DNA from: Escherichia coli
Lineage (GTDB): Bacteria > Pseudomonadota > Gammaproteobacteria > Enterobacterales > Enterobacteriaceae
NCBI RefSeq assembly: GCF_044324785.1
Contig: NZ_CP172127.1
Reading direction: 5' to 3' (one strand)
Length of the DNA: 64,000 bases
Shown here: positions 1 through 10,877 of the stretch, piece after piece
Layout of the letters: each line of letters begins with the position of its first letter
Numbering within the stretch: position 1 is the stretch's first letter
Notes under the pieces: model-generated
The model's database searches: none
Told to the model about the DNA's origin: nothing
The model's input: the letters and a program-made list of their open reading frames with translations, nothing else
Made by a program: the position numbers and the translations under genes

Positions 1-401
1 AAATCCGCCTGCAAGCTGCGCTCATGAAATTCATCAAGGATCACCAATCCAACACCGCTCAGTTCCGGGTCACGCTGGATCATGCGCGTCAGCACGCCTT
101 CGGTAACCACTTCCAGGCGGGTATTCGGCCCGACGCAGTTTTGCGCACGCATCCGGTAGCCAACGGTATCGCCTGGCTTTTCGTTAAGCAGCTCCGCCAG
201 TCGTTGCGCAACGTTACGCGCCGCCAAACGACGCGGCTCCAACAGGATAATTTTCCCGTTAATGCCGGGATGCGCCAGCAGTTGCAGCGGCAGCCAGGTT
301 GATTTCCCGGCCCCGGTCGGCGCACTTAATAACACCTGCGATGCACAATCGAGAGCGGTAAGTAATTCAGGTAAGACGGCAGCAACGGGCAACGACGACA
401 C
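1..401 (-). CDS. hrpB: ATP-dependent RNA helicase HrpB, N-terminal part (gene continues beyond window start)
   Basis: Minus-strand frame from GTG at 401 reads VSSLPVAAVLPELLTALD...LLSAPTGAGKS (DEAH-helicase Walker A); divergent from ligT as in E. coli. Not in ORF track because no stop inside window. Confidence 0.8.
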   Translation of the reverse strand, partial: MSSLPVAAVLPELLTALDCASQVLLSAPTGAGKSTWLPLQLLAHPGINGKIILLEPRRLAARNVAQRLAELLNEKPGDTVGYRMRAQNCVGPNTRLEVVTEGVLTRMIQRDPELSGVGLVILDEFHERSLQAD

Positions 402-474
402 AAAACGCTCCAGAGGGTTAACATTCTTCGCGGCACATTGTAGCATCGCGGTAATTCATAACCGAGTGCCTCAC

Positions 475-1724
<1,250 letters not shown>

Positions 1725-1901
1725 TAGAGTAAGTAACTGGTTAATTTACATTCTGGTCGCGTGCGCAAATACGCTTTTCCTCACACAGTTGTCAAGTGTT
1801 ACGTTTAGATAATTGCTATCCGGAAAAGCATCTGCTATTTATAGCGGCCTCATTTTTCCCCCGAACATGGGGATCGATAGTGCGTGTTAAGGAGAAGCAA
1901 C

Positions 1902-2357
1902 ATGCAAGAAGGGCAAAACCGTAAAACATCGTCCCTGAGTATTCTCGCCATCGCTGGGGTGGAACCATATCAGGAGAAGCCGGGCGAAGAGTATATGAAT
2001 GAAGCCCAGCTGGCGCACTTCCGTCGTATTCTGGAAGCATGGCGTAATCAACTCAGGGATGAAGTCGATCGCACCGTTACACATATGCAGGATGAAGCAG
2101 CCAACTTCCCGGACCCGGTAGACCGTGCAGCCCAGGAAGAAGAGTTCAGCCTCGAACTGCGTAACCGCGATCGCGAGCGTAAGCTGATCAAAAAGATCGA
2201 GAAGACGCTGAAAAAAGTGGAAGACGAAGATTTCGGCTACTGCGAGTCCTGCGGTGTTGAAATTGGTATTCGCCGTCTGGAAGCGCGCCCGACAGCCGAT
2301 CTGTGCATCGACTGCAAAACGCTGGCTGAAATTCGCGAAAAACAAATGGCTGGCTAA
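1902..2357 (+). CDS. dksA: RNA polymerase-binding transcription factor DksA
   Basis: [19 protein letters not shown]... 151 aa with C-terminal C4 zinc finger ([25 protein letters not shown]); start is ATG at codon 7 of the track ORF. Confidence 0.95.
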   Translation: MQEGQNRKTSSLSILAIAGVEPYQEKPGEEYMNEAQLAHFRRILEAWRNQLRDEVDRTVTHMQDEAANFPDPVDRAAQEEEFSLELRNRDRERKLIKKIEKTLKKVEDEDFGYCESCGVEIGIRRLEARPTADLCIDCKTLAEIREKQMAG

Positions 2358-2385
2358 TTACAGCCGTTCCATCACGTTTACCACA

Positions 2386-2414
2386 GGCGGGAAATGCTCC
2401 CGCCTTATTTTTTG
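2386..2414 (+). terminator. Rho-independent terminator after dksA (partial read-through into gluQ expected)
   Basis: GC stem ggcggga/tcccgcc with 5-nt loop followed by ttatttttt; lies 5' of the gluQ ATG at 2424. Confidence 0.7.
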
Positions 2415-2423
2415 TTCAACGAG

Positions 2424-3320
2424 ATGACAGACACACACTATATTGGCCGCTTTGCCCCCTCTCCTTCCGGCGAGCTTCATTTTGGTTCTCTGATTGCCGC
2501 GCTTGGCAGCTATTTACAGGCTCGCGCCCGGCAAGGTCGCTGGCTGGTACGCATTGAAGATATCGACCCGCCTCGTGAAGTTCCCGGTGCCGCAGAGACT
2601 ATCCTGCGCCAGCTGGAACATTACGGTCTGCACTGGGACGGCGACGTTCTCTGGCAATCGCAACGTCACGACGCCTATCGCGAAGCACTCGCCTGGTTAC
2701 ATGAGCAAGGACTAAGTTATTACTGCACCTGCACGCGCGCGCGTATTCAAAGCATTGGCGGTATTTACGACGGCCATTGCCGGGAATTGCATCATGGACC
2801 AGACAACGCCGCAGTACGTATCCGCCAGCAGCATCCGGTCACTCAATTTACTGACCAGCTGCGCGGCATTATTCACGCCGACGAAAAACTGGCGCGGGAA
2901 GATTTTATTATTCATCGCCGTGATGGTTTGTTTGCCTATAACCTGGCGGTGGTGGTGGATGATCACTTCCAGGGCGTGAGCGAAATTGTCCGCGGGGCAG
3001 ATTTGATCGAACCAACTGTGCGGCAAATCTCGCTGTACCAGCTTTTTGGCTGGCAAGTGCCAGATTACATTCATCTTCCGCTGGCGCTTAATCCACAAGG
3101 CGCTAAACTTTCCAAGCAGAATCATGCGCCTGCGTTGCCGAAAGGCGATCCGCGCCCGGTACTAATCGCGGCACTTCAATTTCTGGGTCAGCAGGCAGAA
3201 GCACACTGGCAGGATTTCAGCGTCGAGCAAATCCTTCAGTTAGCCGTCAAAAACTGGCGGCTTACCGCCGTGCCTGAGTCGGCAATTGTAAATTCAACAT
3301 TCTCAAATGCGTCATGCTGA
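2424..3320 (+). CDS. gluQ: glutamyl-Q tRNA(Asp) synthetase
   Basis: [23 protein letters not shown]... class I aaRS HIGH-like motif; track ORF starts at 2394 but that ATG sits in the terminator loop, so 2424 preferred. Confidence 0.85.
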   Translation: MTDTHYIGRFAPSPSGELHFGSLIAALGSYLQARARQGRWLVRIEDIDPPREVPGAAETILRQLEHYGLHWDGDVLWQSQRHDAYREALAWLHEQGLSYYCTCTRARIQSIGGIYDGHCRELHHGPDNAAVRIRQQHPVTQFTDQLRGIIHADEKLAREDFIIHRRDGLFAYNLAVVVDDHFQGVSEIVRGADLIEPTVRQISLYQLFGWQVPDYIHLPLALNPQGAKLSKQNHAPALPKGDPRPVLIAALQFLGQQAEAHWQDFSVEQILQLAVKNWRLTAVPESAIVNSTFSNASC

Positions 3321-3379
3321 GCTATGATTAGCCGCTATTTTTTTGTCCTGAATGATGTTTGACACTACCGAGGTGTACT

Positions 3380-4777
3380 ATTTTTACCCGAGTCGCTAAT
3401 TTTTGCCGCAAGGTGCTAAGCCGCGAGGAAAGCGAGGCTGAACAGGCAGTCGCCCGTCCACAGGTGACGGTGATCCCGCGTGAGCAGCATGCTATTTCCC
3501 GCAAAGATATCAGTGAAAATGCCCTGAAGGTAATGTACAGGCTCAATAAAGCGGGATACGAAGCCTGGCTGGTTGGCGGCGGCGTGCGCGACCTGTTACT
3601 TGGCAAAAAGCCAAAAGATTTTGACGTAACCACTAACGCCACGCCTGAGCAGGTACGTAAACTGTTCCGTAACTGCCGCCTGGTGGGTCGCCGTTTCCGT
3701 CTGGCTCATGTGATGTTTGGCCCGGAGATTATCGAAGTTGCGACCTTCCGTGGACACCACGAAGGTAACATCAGCGACCGCACGACCTCCCAACGCGGGC
3801 AAAACGGCATGTTGCTGCGCGACAACATTTTCGGCTCCATCGAAGAAGACGCCCAGCGCCGCGATTTCACTATCAACAGCCTGTATTACAGCGTGGCAGA
3901 TTTTACCGTCCGTGATTACGTTGGCGGCATGAAGGATCTGAAAGACGGCGTTATCCGTCTGATTGGTAACCCGGAAACGCGCTACCGTGAAGATCCGGTA
4001 CGGATGCTGCGCGCGGTACGTTTTGCCGCCAAATTGGGTATGCGTATCAGTCCTGAAACCGCAGAACCGATCCCTCGCCTGGCTACCCTGCTGAACGATA
4101 TCCCACCGGCACGCCTGTTTGAAGAATCTTTGAAACTGCTGCAAGCGGGCTACGGTTACGAAACCTATAAGCTGCTGTGTGAATATCATCTGTTCCAGCC
4201 GCTGTTCCCGACCATTACCCGCTACTTCACGGAAAATGGCGACAGCCCGATGGAGCGGATCATTGAACAGGTGCTGAAGAATACCGATACGCGTATCCAT
4301 AACGATATGCGCGTGAACCCGGCATTCCTGTTTGCCGCCATGTTCTGGTACCCACTGCTGGAGACGGCACAGAAGATCGCCCAGGAAAGCGGCCTGACCT
4401 ATCACGACGCTTTCGCGCTGGCGATGAACGACGTGCTGGACGAAGCCTGCCGTTCACTGGCAATCCCGAAACGTCTGACGACGTTAACCCGCGATATCTG
4501 GCAGTTGCAGTTGCGTATGTCCCGTCGTCAGGGTAAACGCGCATGGAAACTGCTGGAGCATCCTAAGTTCCGTGCGGCTTATGACCTGTTGGCCTTGCGA
4601 GCTGAAGTTGAACGTAACGCTGAATTGCAGCGTCTGGTGAAATGGTGGGGTGAGTTTCAGGTTTCCGCGCCACCAGATCAAAAAGGGATGCTTAACGAGT
4701 TGGATGAAGAGCCGTCACCGCGTCGCCGTACTCGTCGTCCACGCAAACGCGCACCGCGTCGTGAGGGTACCGCATGA
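3380..4777 (+). CDS. pcnB: poly(A) polymerase I
   Basis: ...[21 protein letters not shown]... [18 protein letters not shown] nucleotidyltransferase motif; annotated start is ATT at 3380 (non-canonical); track ORF opens at TTG 3359. Confidence 0.85.
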   Translation: MFTRVANFCRKVLSREESEAEQAVARPQVTVIPREQHAISRKDISENALKVMYRLNKAGYEAWLVGGGVRDLLLGKKPKDFDVTTNATPEQVRKLFRNCRLVGRRFRLAHVMFGPEIIEVATFRGHHEGNISDRTTSQRGQNGMLLRDNIFGSIEEDAQRRDFTINSLYYSVADFTVRDYVGGMKDLKDGVIRLIGNPETRYREDPVRMLRAVRFAAKLGMRISPETAEPIPRLATLLNDIPPARLFEESLKLLQAGYGYETYKLLCEYHLFQPLFPTITRYFTENGDSPMERIIEQVLKNTDTRIHNDMRVNPAFLFAAMFWYPLLETAQKIAQESGLTYHDAFALAMNDVLDEACRSLAIPKRLTTLTRDIWQLQLRMSRRQGKRAWKLLEHPKFRAAYDLLALRAEVERNAELQRLVKWWGEFQVSAPPDQKGMLNELDEEPSPRRRTRRPRKRAPRREGTA

Positions 4778-5253
4778 CAGTGGCGTATATTGCCATAGGC
4801 AGCAATCTGGCCTCTCCGCTGGAGCAGGTCAATGCTGCCCTGAAAGCATTAGGCGATATCCCTGAAAGCCACATTCTTGCCGTTTCTTCGTTTTACCGCA
4901 CTCCACCGCTGGGGCCGCAAGATCAACCTGACTACCTCAACGCCGCCGTGGCGCTTGAAACCTCCCTCGCCCCGGAAGAGTTACTCAACCATACACAGCG
5001 CATAGAGCTGCAACAGGGTCGTGTTCGTAAAGCGGAACGCTGGGGACCGCGTACGCTGGATCTCGACATCATGCTGTTTGGTAATGAAGTGATAAATACC
5101 GAACGTCTGACCGTTCCGCACTACGATATGAAAAATCGTGGCTTTATGTTGTGGCCGCTGTTTGAGATTGCGCCGGGACTGGTGTTTCCTGATGGAACAG
5201 TATTAGGAAATTTATTAAAAATAAATAAATTTCATGAATTAAACAAATGGTGA
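4774..5253 (+). CDS. folK: 2-amino-4-hydroxy-6-hydroxymethyldihydropteridine pyrophosphokinase (HPPK)
   Basis: [35 protein letters not shown]... 159 aa; overlaps pcnB stop by 4 nt. Confidence 0.92.
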   Translation: MTVAYIAIGSNLASPLEQVNAALKALGDIPESHILAVSSFYRTPPLGPQDQPDYLNAAVALETSLAPEELLNHTQRIELQQGRVRKAERWGPRTLDLDIMLFGNEVINTERLTVPHYDMKNRGFMLWPLFEIAPGLVFPDGTVLGNLLKINKFHELNKW

Positions 5254-5600
5254 TTTAATGATTTCATGAATATAAATAAATTCCGAAAAATAACCTTACC
5301 CATTGCAATTAATATATTCCCTAAGCTACAACCATAATTAATATTATATACCCCGCTAACACCTTCTACCTCACATACAATATTTCTTCCGCTTTGTACA
5401 TTAAGCTTTACTTAAAGATGAATTAAGTGGATATATAAATTTAAATATGCACAATATCCCACTTGGTGATGAACAGATGTTACATTCAGTAAATCTTCAC
5501 ATTCATCATTAACAAACCAATCTATTTTTCTCTATCGGGGTTCTTTGTCTGAAAGTACCCGATCGTAGTTAAACTCATGGAATATGATTCAAGGATTATT

Positions 5601-6173
5601 ATGTCTAAAAAATTAGGTTTTGCCCTGTCTGGTCTAATGCTGGCAATGGTTGCAGGTACTGCTTCTGCTGATATGGACGGTGGTCAGATTAACATCAGTG
5701 GCTTGGTTAGCGATAACACCTGTGAAACAAAAGTTGATGGCGGCAAGCAAGATGGCCTGGTTCTTCTGCAAACTGCAACGGTTGCTGAAATTACCGCTGG
5801 TGTATCTGAAACTGCTGTCGGCGCCAAAGCGAAACCGTTTAGCATTACTGTAGACTGCAGCAAAGCGACTCCGGGAGGCCAACCGACTCTGACATTCGGT
5901 TCAGTCTTCTTTGGTAACAGTCGTGGCACTTTGAATAACGATATGTCCATCACCACCCCGTCATCTGGTGTGAATATCGCCCTGCACAACATTGACGGCA
6001 CCACGGTTAAACAAGTCAAAATTAATAATGCATCTGATGCTTACACTAAAGCATTAACCAATAATGTTGCAGTCTTTGACTTCAAAGCCTCCTATGTTCG
6101 TGAAGACAACTCAACACCAGCAACGGCTGGTTATGTAAGAACCAACACAGCTTACACCATCACCTACAATTAA
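5601..6173 (+). CDS. yadN: fimbrial major subunit, YadN-like
   Basis: [23 protein letters not shown] signal peptide, conserved Cys pair, C-terminal ...[13 protein letters not shown] typical of type 1-like pilins; first gene of the yad chaperone-usher operon. Confidence 0.75.
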   Translation: MSKKLGFALSGLMLAMVAGTASADMDGGQINISGLVSDNTCETKVDGGKQDGLVLLQTATVAEITAGVSETAVGAKAKPFSITVDCSKATPGGQPTLTFGSVFFGNSRGTLNNDMSITTPSSGVNIALHNIDGTTVKQVKINNASDAYTKALTNNVAVFDFKASYVREDNSTPATAGYVRTNTAYTITYN

Positions 6174-6265
6174 GTTATTCGTTGGTGATTTAAATTACTA
6201 CAAGGGTGCGACACCTATTGTCGCCCCCTTGTCTTGAAAACAATTCATGTCATGGATGGTATATT

Positions 6266-6997
6266 TTGTTAAATAAAAAGAATATTGTCGCATTATGTGT
6301 TGTCAGTAGTATGGCATTTAGTATGCCTGTTATGGCCGATATTGTTATTTCCGGTACACGCGTCATTTATAAAAGTGATCAAAAAAGCGTTAGCGTACGC
6401 CTGGAGAATAAAGGCAATAGCCACCTGTTAGTACAAAGCTGGCTGGATACCGGTGACGATAACGCTGAGCCAGGAAGCATTAATGTACCATTTACGGCAA
6501 CACCTCCCGTTTCACGTATTGATGCTAAACGCGGTCAAACCATCAAATTGATGTATACCGGCAGTACCGTACTCCCCAGCGATAAAGAAAGCGTATTCTG
6601 GTTTAACGTGCTGGAAGTGCCCCCAAAACCAGATGCTACAAAAGTGGAGAATCAGAGCCTGTTACAACTGGCTTTCCGTACCCGTATCAAGCTGTTCTAT
6701 CGTCCGGCAGGATTAAACGGTAACCCGTCTGAAGCACCATTAGCCCTGAAATGGAAATGGGCTGAAGGGAAGTCTGGCCTGAGTGTATATAACCCAACAC
6801 CTTATTACGTCTCTTTCAACAGCGCAGAGTTAATCGCTGGCGGTAAGTCGAACCCGCTCAACGTAAAAATGATTGCACCGAAAAGCGAAGAGATTTTCAC
6901 CATAAGCGGTTCAGGCGGGAAAGCAACGTCAGGAAAGGTACATTTCTCAGCGATCAATGATTTTGGCGGCGCAATTGAAGGCGATGTCAATTTGTAA
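6266..6997 (+). CDS. yadV: periplasmic fimbrial chaperone (PapD-like), YadV/EcpD-like
   Basis: Mature part ADIVISGTRVIYKSDQKSVSVRLENKGNSHLLVQSWLD... is PapD-family; no in-frame ATG gives a signal peptide, so the start is TTG 6266 (SD-like ggatgg upstream) or GTG 6206. Confidence 0.7.
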   Translation: MLNKKNIVALCVVSSMAFSMPVMADIVISGTRVIYKSDQKSVSVRLENKGNSHLLVQSWLDTGDDNAEPGSINVPFTATPPVSRIDAKRGQTIKLMYTGSTVLPSDKESVFWFNVLEVPPKPDATKVENQSLLQLAFRTRIKLFYRPAGLNGNPSEAPLALKWKWAEGKSGLSVYNPTPYYVSFNSAELIAGGKSNPLNVKMIAPKSEEIFTISGSGGKATSGKVHFSAINDFGGAIEGDVNL

Positions 6998-7031
6998 GAC
7001 CAGGGACCTTATGCAGCAGGAAGCCAATGTA

Positions 7032-9632
7032 ATGAAAACAACGACATCGACTAAACGCCATAATCTTACGCGTATCGCAATGTATTGCTCAATTATGTAT
7101 AGCGGCGCTACCATCGGAGCCGAAAGCGTTGAGTATGACCCTACCTTTTTAATGGGTGGCAACGCTTCCAGTATTGATGTTAGCCGCTATAGCGATGGCA
7201 ACCCGACTTTGCCTGGTGTTTACGATGTTAGCATCTATGTTAACGAGCAACCTGTTGCTAACCTGGAGATCCCCTTTATCGCGATCCCCGAAAAAAAGAA
7301 TGCTCAAGCCTGTATTACCCTGAAAAATCTACTACAACTTCATATCAAGCCCCCCCCGGCAGACGAGGAAAATACTATCCTTCTTCCACGGGATGAAACG
7401 CTTGGCAACTGTCTTGACCTGTCGTTAGCCATACCTAAATCCTCAGTGAGCTATGACCCCTCTGAACAACGTCTGGATATCAATGTTCCCCAGGCGTGGG
7501 TGATGAAGAATTATCAAAACTATGTGGACCCATCACTTTGGGAAAATGGCATTAACGCGGCTACGCTGTCTTATAACATCAACGCTTATCGCAGTGAAAA
7601 TTCAAATTATACAAATGATAGCGTTTATACATCGTTCAATGGTGGCGTCAATTTAGGTGCCTGGCGTCTGCGTAGCAGCGGTAACTATAGCTGGAGAAAC
7701 GACGCGGGAAGCAATGTTGAGTTTATGAATCGCTACGTCCAGCGCGACATTACCGCTATTCGCTCGCAGCTCATTATGGGGGAATCCTACACCACAGGTG
7801 AAACGTTCGATTCCGTTAGTATCCGCGGCATTCGCTTATACAGCGATAGCCGAATGCTGCCGCCAGTATTGGCAAACTTCGCCCCAACAATTCGTGGTGT
7901 AGCGAATACCAACGCCAAAGTCAGCATTACCCAGGGTGGATACAAAATTTATGAAACCACTGTTCCACCGGGACCTTTTGTCATTGATGATCTCAGTCCG
8001 TCAGGGTATGGCAGCGATCTTATCGTAACCATTGAAGAAGCTGATGGCAGCAAGCGTACATTTTCTCAGCCATTTTCTTCAGTAATTCAAATGCTGCGCC
8101 CGGGTGTTTCTCGCTGGGATATCAGCGGCGGGCAAATTAATAAAGACGACTTGCATCATGAACCAAACTTACTACAAGCGACCTATTACCGTGGTTTAAG
8201 TAACCTGTTCACTGGCTATACTGGTTTTCAGGTCACAGATAATCATTATGCTGCAGGCTTACTTGGCATTGGGATGAATACTTCTGTCGGCGCAATTTCC
8301 TTCGATGTCACCCACTCCAGTGTCGATATACCGGATGATAAAAGGTACCAGGGGCAAAGCTATCGCATCTCCTGGAACAAATTTTTTGACCTGACAGATA
8401 CATCATTAAACATCGCGGCTTACCGCTACTCCACGCAGGACTATCTGGGCCTGAATGATGCATTAACACTTATTGATGAAGTTGAACATCCCACTCAGGA
8501 TCTTGATCCCAAAACTATGCGCAACTACGGGCGCATGAAAAACCAGTTCACCGTAAGCATTAACCAACCGCTACGCTTTGGGAAGGATGATTATGGCTCG
8601 TTCTATACCTCTGGAAGCTGGTCTGATTACTGGGGGGGCGGTAAGAGCCGTAGCAACTATTCGGTCGGCTACAGTAACAGCGCTTCATGGGGAAGCTACA
8701 GTATCAGCGCTCAACGATCCTGGGATGAGTACAGCCAAACAGAAAACAGTATTTACCTCAGCTTTTCGATACCTATCGAAAAACTGATGGGTACGGAGCA
8801 CCGTGATTCCGGTTTCCAAAGTATTGATACACAACTTAGTACCAATATGGATGGTAATAATCAGTTCAACATGAGCAGTAGCGGTTATAGCAACGATAAT
8901 CGCGTGAGCTATAGCGTGAACGCGGGTTATGGGATGAATAAAACCGGCAAAGATCTCAGCAACATCGGGGGTTATGCCAGCTATGAATCGCCATGGGGAA
9001 CGCTAGCTGGGTCAGTCTCTGCTACCAGCGATAATAACCGCCAGTACTCCGTTAATACAGATGGTGGATTTGTGTTGCACAGCGGAGGACTTACGTTCAG
9101 CAACGACAGTTTCAGTGATAATGACACCATTGCTCTGGTTAAAGCACCGGGTGCAAAAGGGGCGCGTATTAACTACGGCAACAATACCGTTGACCGTTGG
9201 GGATATGGCGTAACCAGTGCTCTTTCACCATACCAGGAAAACAAAATTGCTCTGGACACTGAAAACCTGGAAAACGACATCGAAATGAAGAGCACCAGTA
9301 CAGTTGCCGTACCACGCCAGGGCTCGGTTATCTTTGCTGGTTTTGAAACCAATCAGGGACAATCTGCGATTATGAATATCAAACGCAGTGACGGAAAAGG
9401 TATCCCCTTCGCCGCCGATATTCATGATGAAACAAATGCAATCATTGGCAACGTTGGGCAGGGCGGGCAGGCATTTGTTCGCGGTATTCAGCAGCAGGGC
9501 ACGATAAAAATCACCTGGCTGGAAGCCAGCATGCCCAAAACCTGTATTGCGCAGTACCAGCAACCCAATGTGACATCGGAGAAAATCCAGCAAACGATTA
9601 TTCTCAATAATATTCTTTGCCAGCTCCAATAA
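7032..9632 (+). CDS. htrE: outer-membrane fimbrial usher, HtrE-like
   Basis: MKTTTSTKRHNLTRIAMYCS... about 866 aa with usher motifs (ITQGGYKIYETTVPPGPFVIDDLSPSGYGSDL); start ATG at 7032 preferred over the track start 6957. Confidence 0.85.
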   Translation: MKTTTSTKRHNLTRIAMYCSIMYSGATIGAESVEYDPTFLMGGNASSIDVSRYSDGNPTLPGVYDVSIYVNEQPVANLEIPFIAIPEKKNAQACITLKNLLQLHIKPPPADEENTILLPRDETLGNCLDLSLAIPKSSVSYDPSEQRLDINVPQAWVMKNYQNYVDPSLWENGINAATLSYNINAYRSENSNYTNDSVYTSFNGGVNLGAWRLRSSGNYSWRNDAGSNVEFMNRYVQRDITAIRSQLIMGESYTTGETFDSVSIRGIRLYSDSRMLPPVLANFAPTIRGVANTNAKVSITQGGYKIYETTVPPGPFVIDDLSPSGYGSDLIVTIEEADGSKRTFSQPFSSVIQMLRPGVSRWDISGGQINKDDLHHEPNLLQATYYRGLSNLFTGYTGFQVTDNHYAAGLLGIGMNTSVGAISFDVTHSSVDIPDDKRYQGQSYRISWNKFFDLTDTSLNIAAYRYSTQDYLGLNDALTLIDEVEHPTQDLDPKTMRNYGRMKNQFTVSINQPLRFGKDDYGSFYTSGSWSDYWGGGKSRSNYSVGYSNSASWGSYSISAQRSWDEYSQTENSIYLSFSIPIEKLMGTEHRDSGFQSIDTQLSTNMDGNNQFNMSSSGYSNDNRVSYSVNAGYGMNKTGKDLSNIGGYASYESPWGTLAGSVSATSDNNRQYSVNTDGGFVLHSGGLTFSNDSFSDNDTIALVKAPGAKGARINYGNNTVDRWGYGVTSALSPYQENKIALDTENLENDIEMKSTSTVAVPRQGSVIFAGFETNQGQSAIMNIKRSDGKGIPFAADIHDETNAIIGNVGQGGQAFVRGIQQQGTIKITWLEASMPKTCIAQYQQPNVTSEKIQQTIILNNILCQLQ

Positions 9633-9644
9633 TACGAAAGAGAG

Positions 9645-10211
9645 ATGACAATGATAAAAAACTCACGGTATAAAATAGTACTCCTGACAGGCATTTTTTT
9701 ACTGCCCGGCGCACTGGCACAAGATATTAATGTTGATTTTGTTGCCACAATCAAAGGCACGACATGTAATATCACTCTGGAAGGGACACGCGTCACCGCT
9801 GATGGAAATAATCAGTACACGCTACGGATATTAAATGTTGCTCTGGATAAAATCATAAACAAGATGCCAGAAGCACAAGCCGACTTTAAACTGGTCGCTA
9901 ATTGTGATGGTAACATAGGCAAGATTACGACATCGCTGGCAGGGAATCCTTCAGGAGAGTTACCCTATTTAATTTCTCCATTAACTTCAGATAATTCATC
10001 CACCACAGAATATATTGCTATGGGGATTAAACTTCGAAATACCTCTGACACTGAATTTATTCCCCCAGATGGTTCTAAAAAGATTTCCTGGGGAGAGGGA
10101 TTAACAAAACCGGAACTTGAGATGACGGTAGCACTTCGCGAAACCCGACCAGGTTCAGGAAGAGCAGGTAGTTTTAAAGCACTTGCGACATTCAATTTCA
10201 CCTATGAATAA
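9645..10211 (+). CDS. yadM: fimbrial minor subunit, YadM-like
   Basis: 188 aa, signal peptide MTMIKNSRYKIVLLTGIFLLPGALA, pilin-like C-terminus ...ALATFNFTYE. Confidence 0.7.
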   Translation: MTMIKNSRYKIVLLTGIFLLPGALAQDINVDFVATIKGTTCNITLEGTRVTADGNNQYTLRILNVALDKIINKMPEAQADFKLVANCDGNIGKITTSLAGNPSGELPYLISPLTSDNSSTTEYIAMGIKLRNTSDTEFIPPDGSKKISWGEGLTKPELEMTVALRETRPGSGRAGSFKALATFNFTYE

Positions 10212-10224
10212 AAGGATAATAATA

Positions 10225-10824
10225 ATGCAGATGAAATCATTACATTATGGGATATTTGCAAGCATTACTCTGAGCTTATTATTATTCAGCACGTTTTCTA
10301 TAGCCATCACTGATAACATTGGCCTAAACGTTATGACCATTGTTGAAAACAGAACTTGTCAAAGCGAAATCAACAACCAGGGGTTGGTTAATCTTGGCAC
10401 TGTTGGAGTGGGATATTTTGCCAGTAATGTTAGTGCGGAAGATAATTATCCAGGCGGAAAAACCTTTACTGTGACAGTAAAAGATTGCCCCTCCGCTGGC
10501 ACAACATCAAGTCAGTTGCATATAGAATTTAAACCTGTCAGTGGTGTAATGGCCACTGGTAGCCAACAGATATTCGCCAATAATCATGTCGGCGGCGCAC
10601 AAAATGTAGGAATCGTTATTTTTAGCCAAAATAATCAGTCATCGGATACAGTGAATGTGCTGTCACCAACAGGGCAGTTTCGCACGGTCTGGCCTGTTGT
10701 CTCTGCGAATATGAATAATTCATCGTGGCAATTTTATACACGAATGCAGAAAATAGATCCGTTACTCCCGGTTGGTGCAGGATTTGTTACCAGTAACGTA
10801 TTAGTTGATATTTATTATCAATAA
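10225..10824 (+). CDS. fimbrial minor subunit (YadL/YadK-like)
   Basis: ATG at 10225 behind SD aaaagga; MQMKSLHYGIFASITLSLLLFSTFSIA signal peptide; pilin fold cysteines; ends ...VLVDIYYQ. Confidence 0.65.
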   Translation: MQMKSLHYGIFASITLSLLLFSTFSIAITDNIGLNVMTIVENRTCQSEINNQGLVNLGTVGVGYFASNVSAEDNYPGGKTFTVTVKDCPSAGTTSSQLHIEFKPVSGVMATGSQQIFANNHVGGAQNVGIVIFSQNNQSSDTVNVLSPTGQFRTVWPVVSANMNNSSWQFYTRMQKIDPLLPVGAGFVTSNVLVDIYYQ

Positions 10825-10877
10825 TTATGCTAAGCATAATGCTTCTACAAATATTATTTTTTCAAAGGAGTGATAAG

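Noticed and set aside
1787-1816. dksA promoter candidate (TTGTCA ... TAGATAAT)
   Set aside because: Spacer lengths to candidate -10 hexamers are 13-16 bp by my count; not clean enough to call without a TSS map.
2394-2423. N-terminal extensions offered by the ORF track (gluQ 2394, hpt 20887, cueO 25044, lpd 34238, acnB 30625, secM 54299, nadC 43283, pdhR 39911, yacL 27748, ampE 42728, gcd 21000, htrE 6957)
   Set aside because: Upstream in-frame starts lack SD support and/or overlap terminators or neighbouring genes; the shorter starts match the known protein N-termini.
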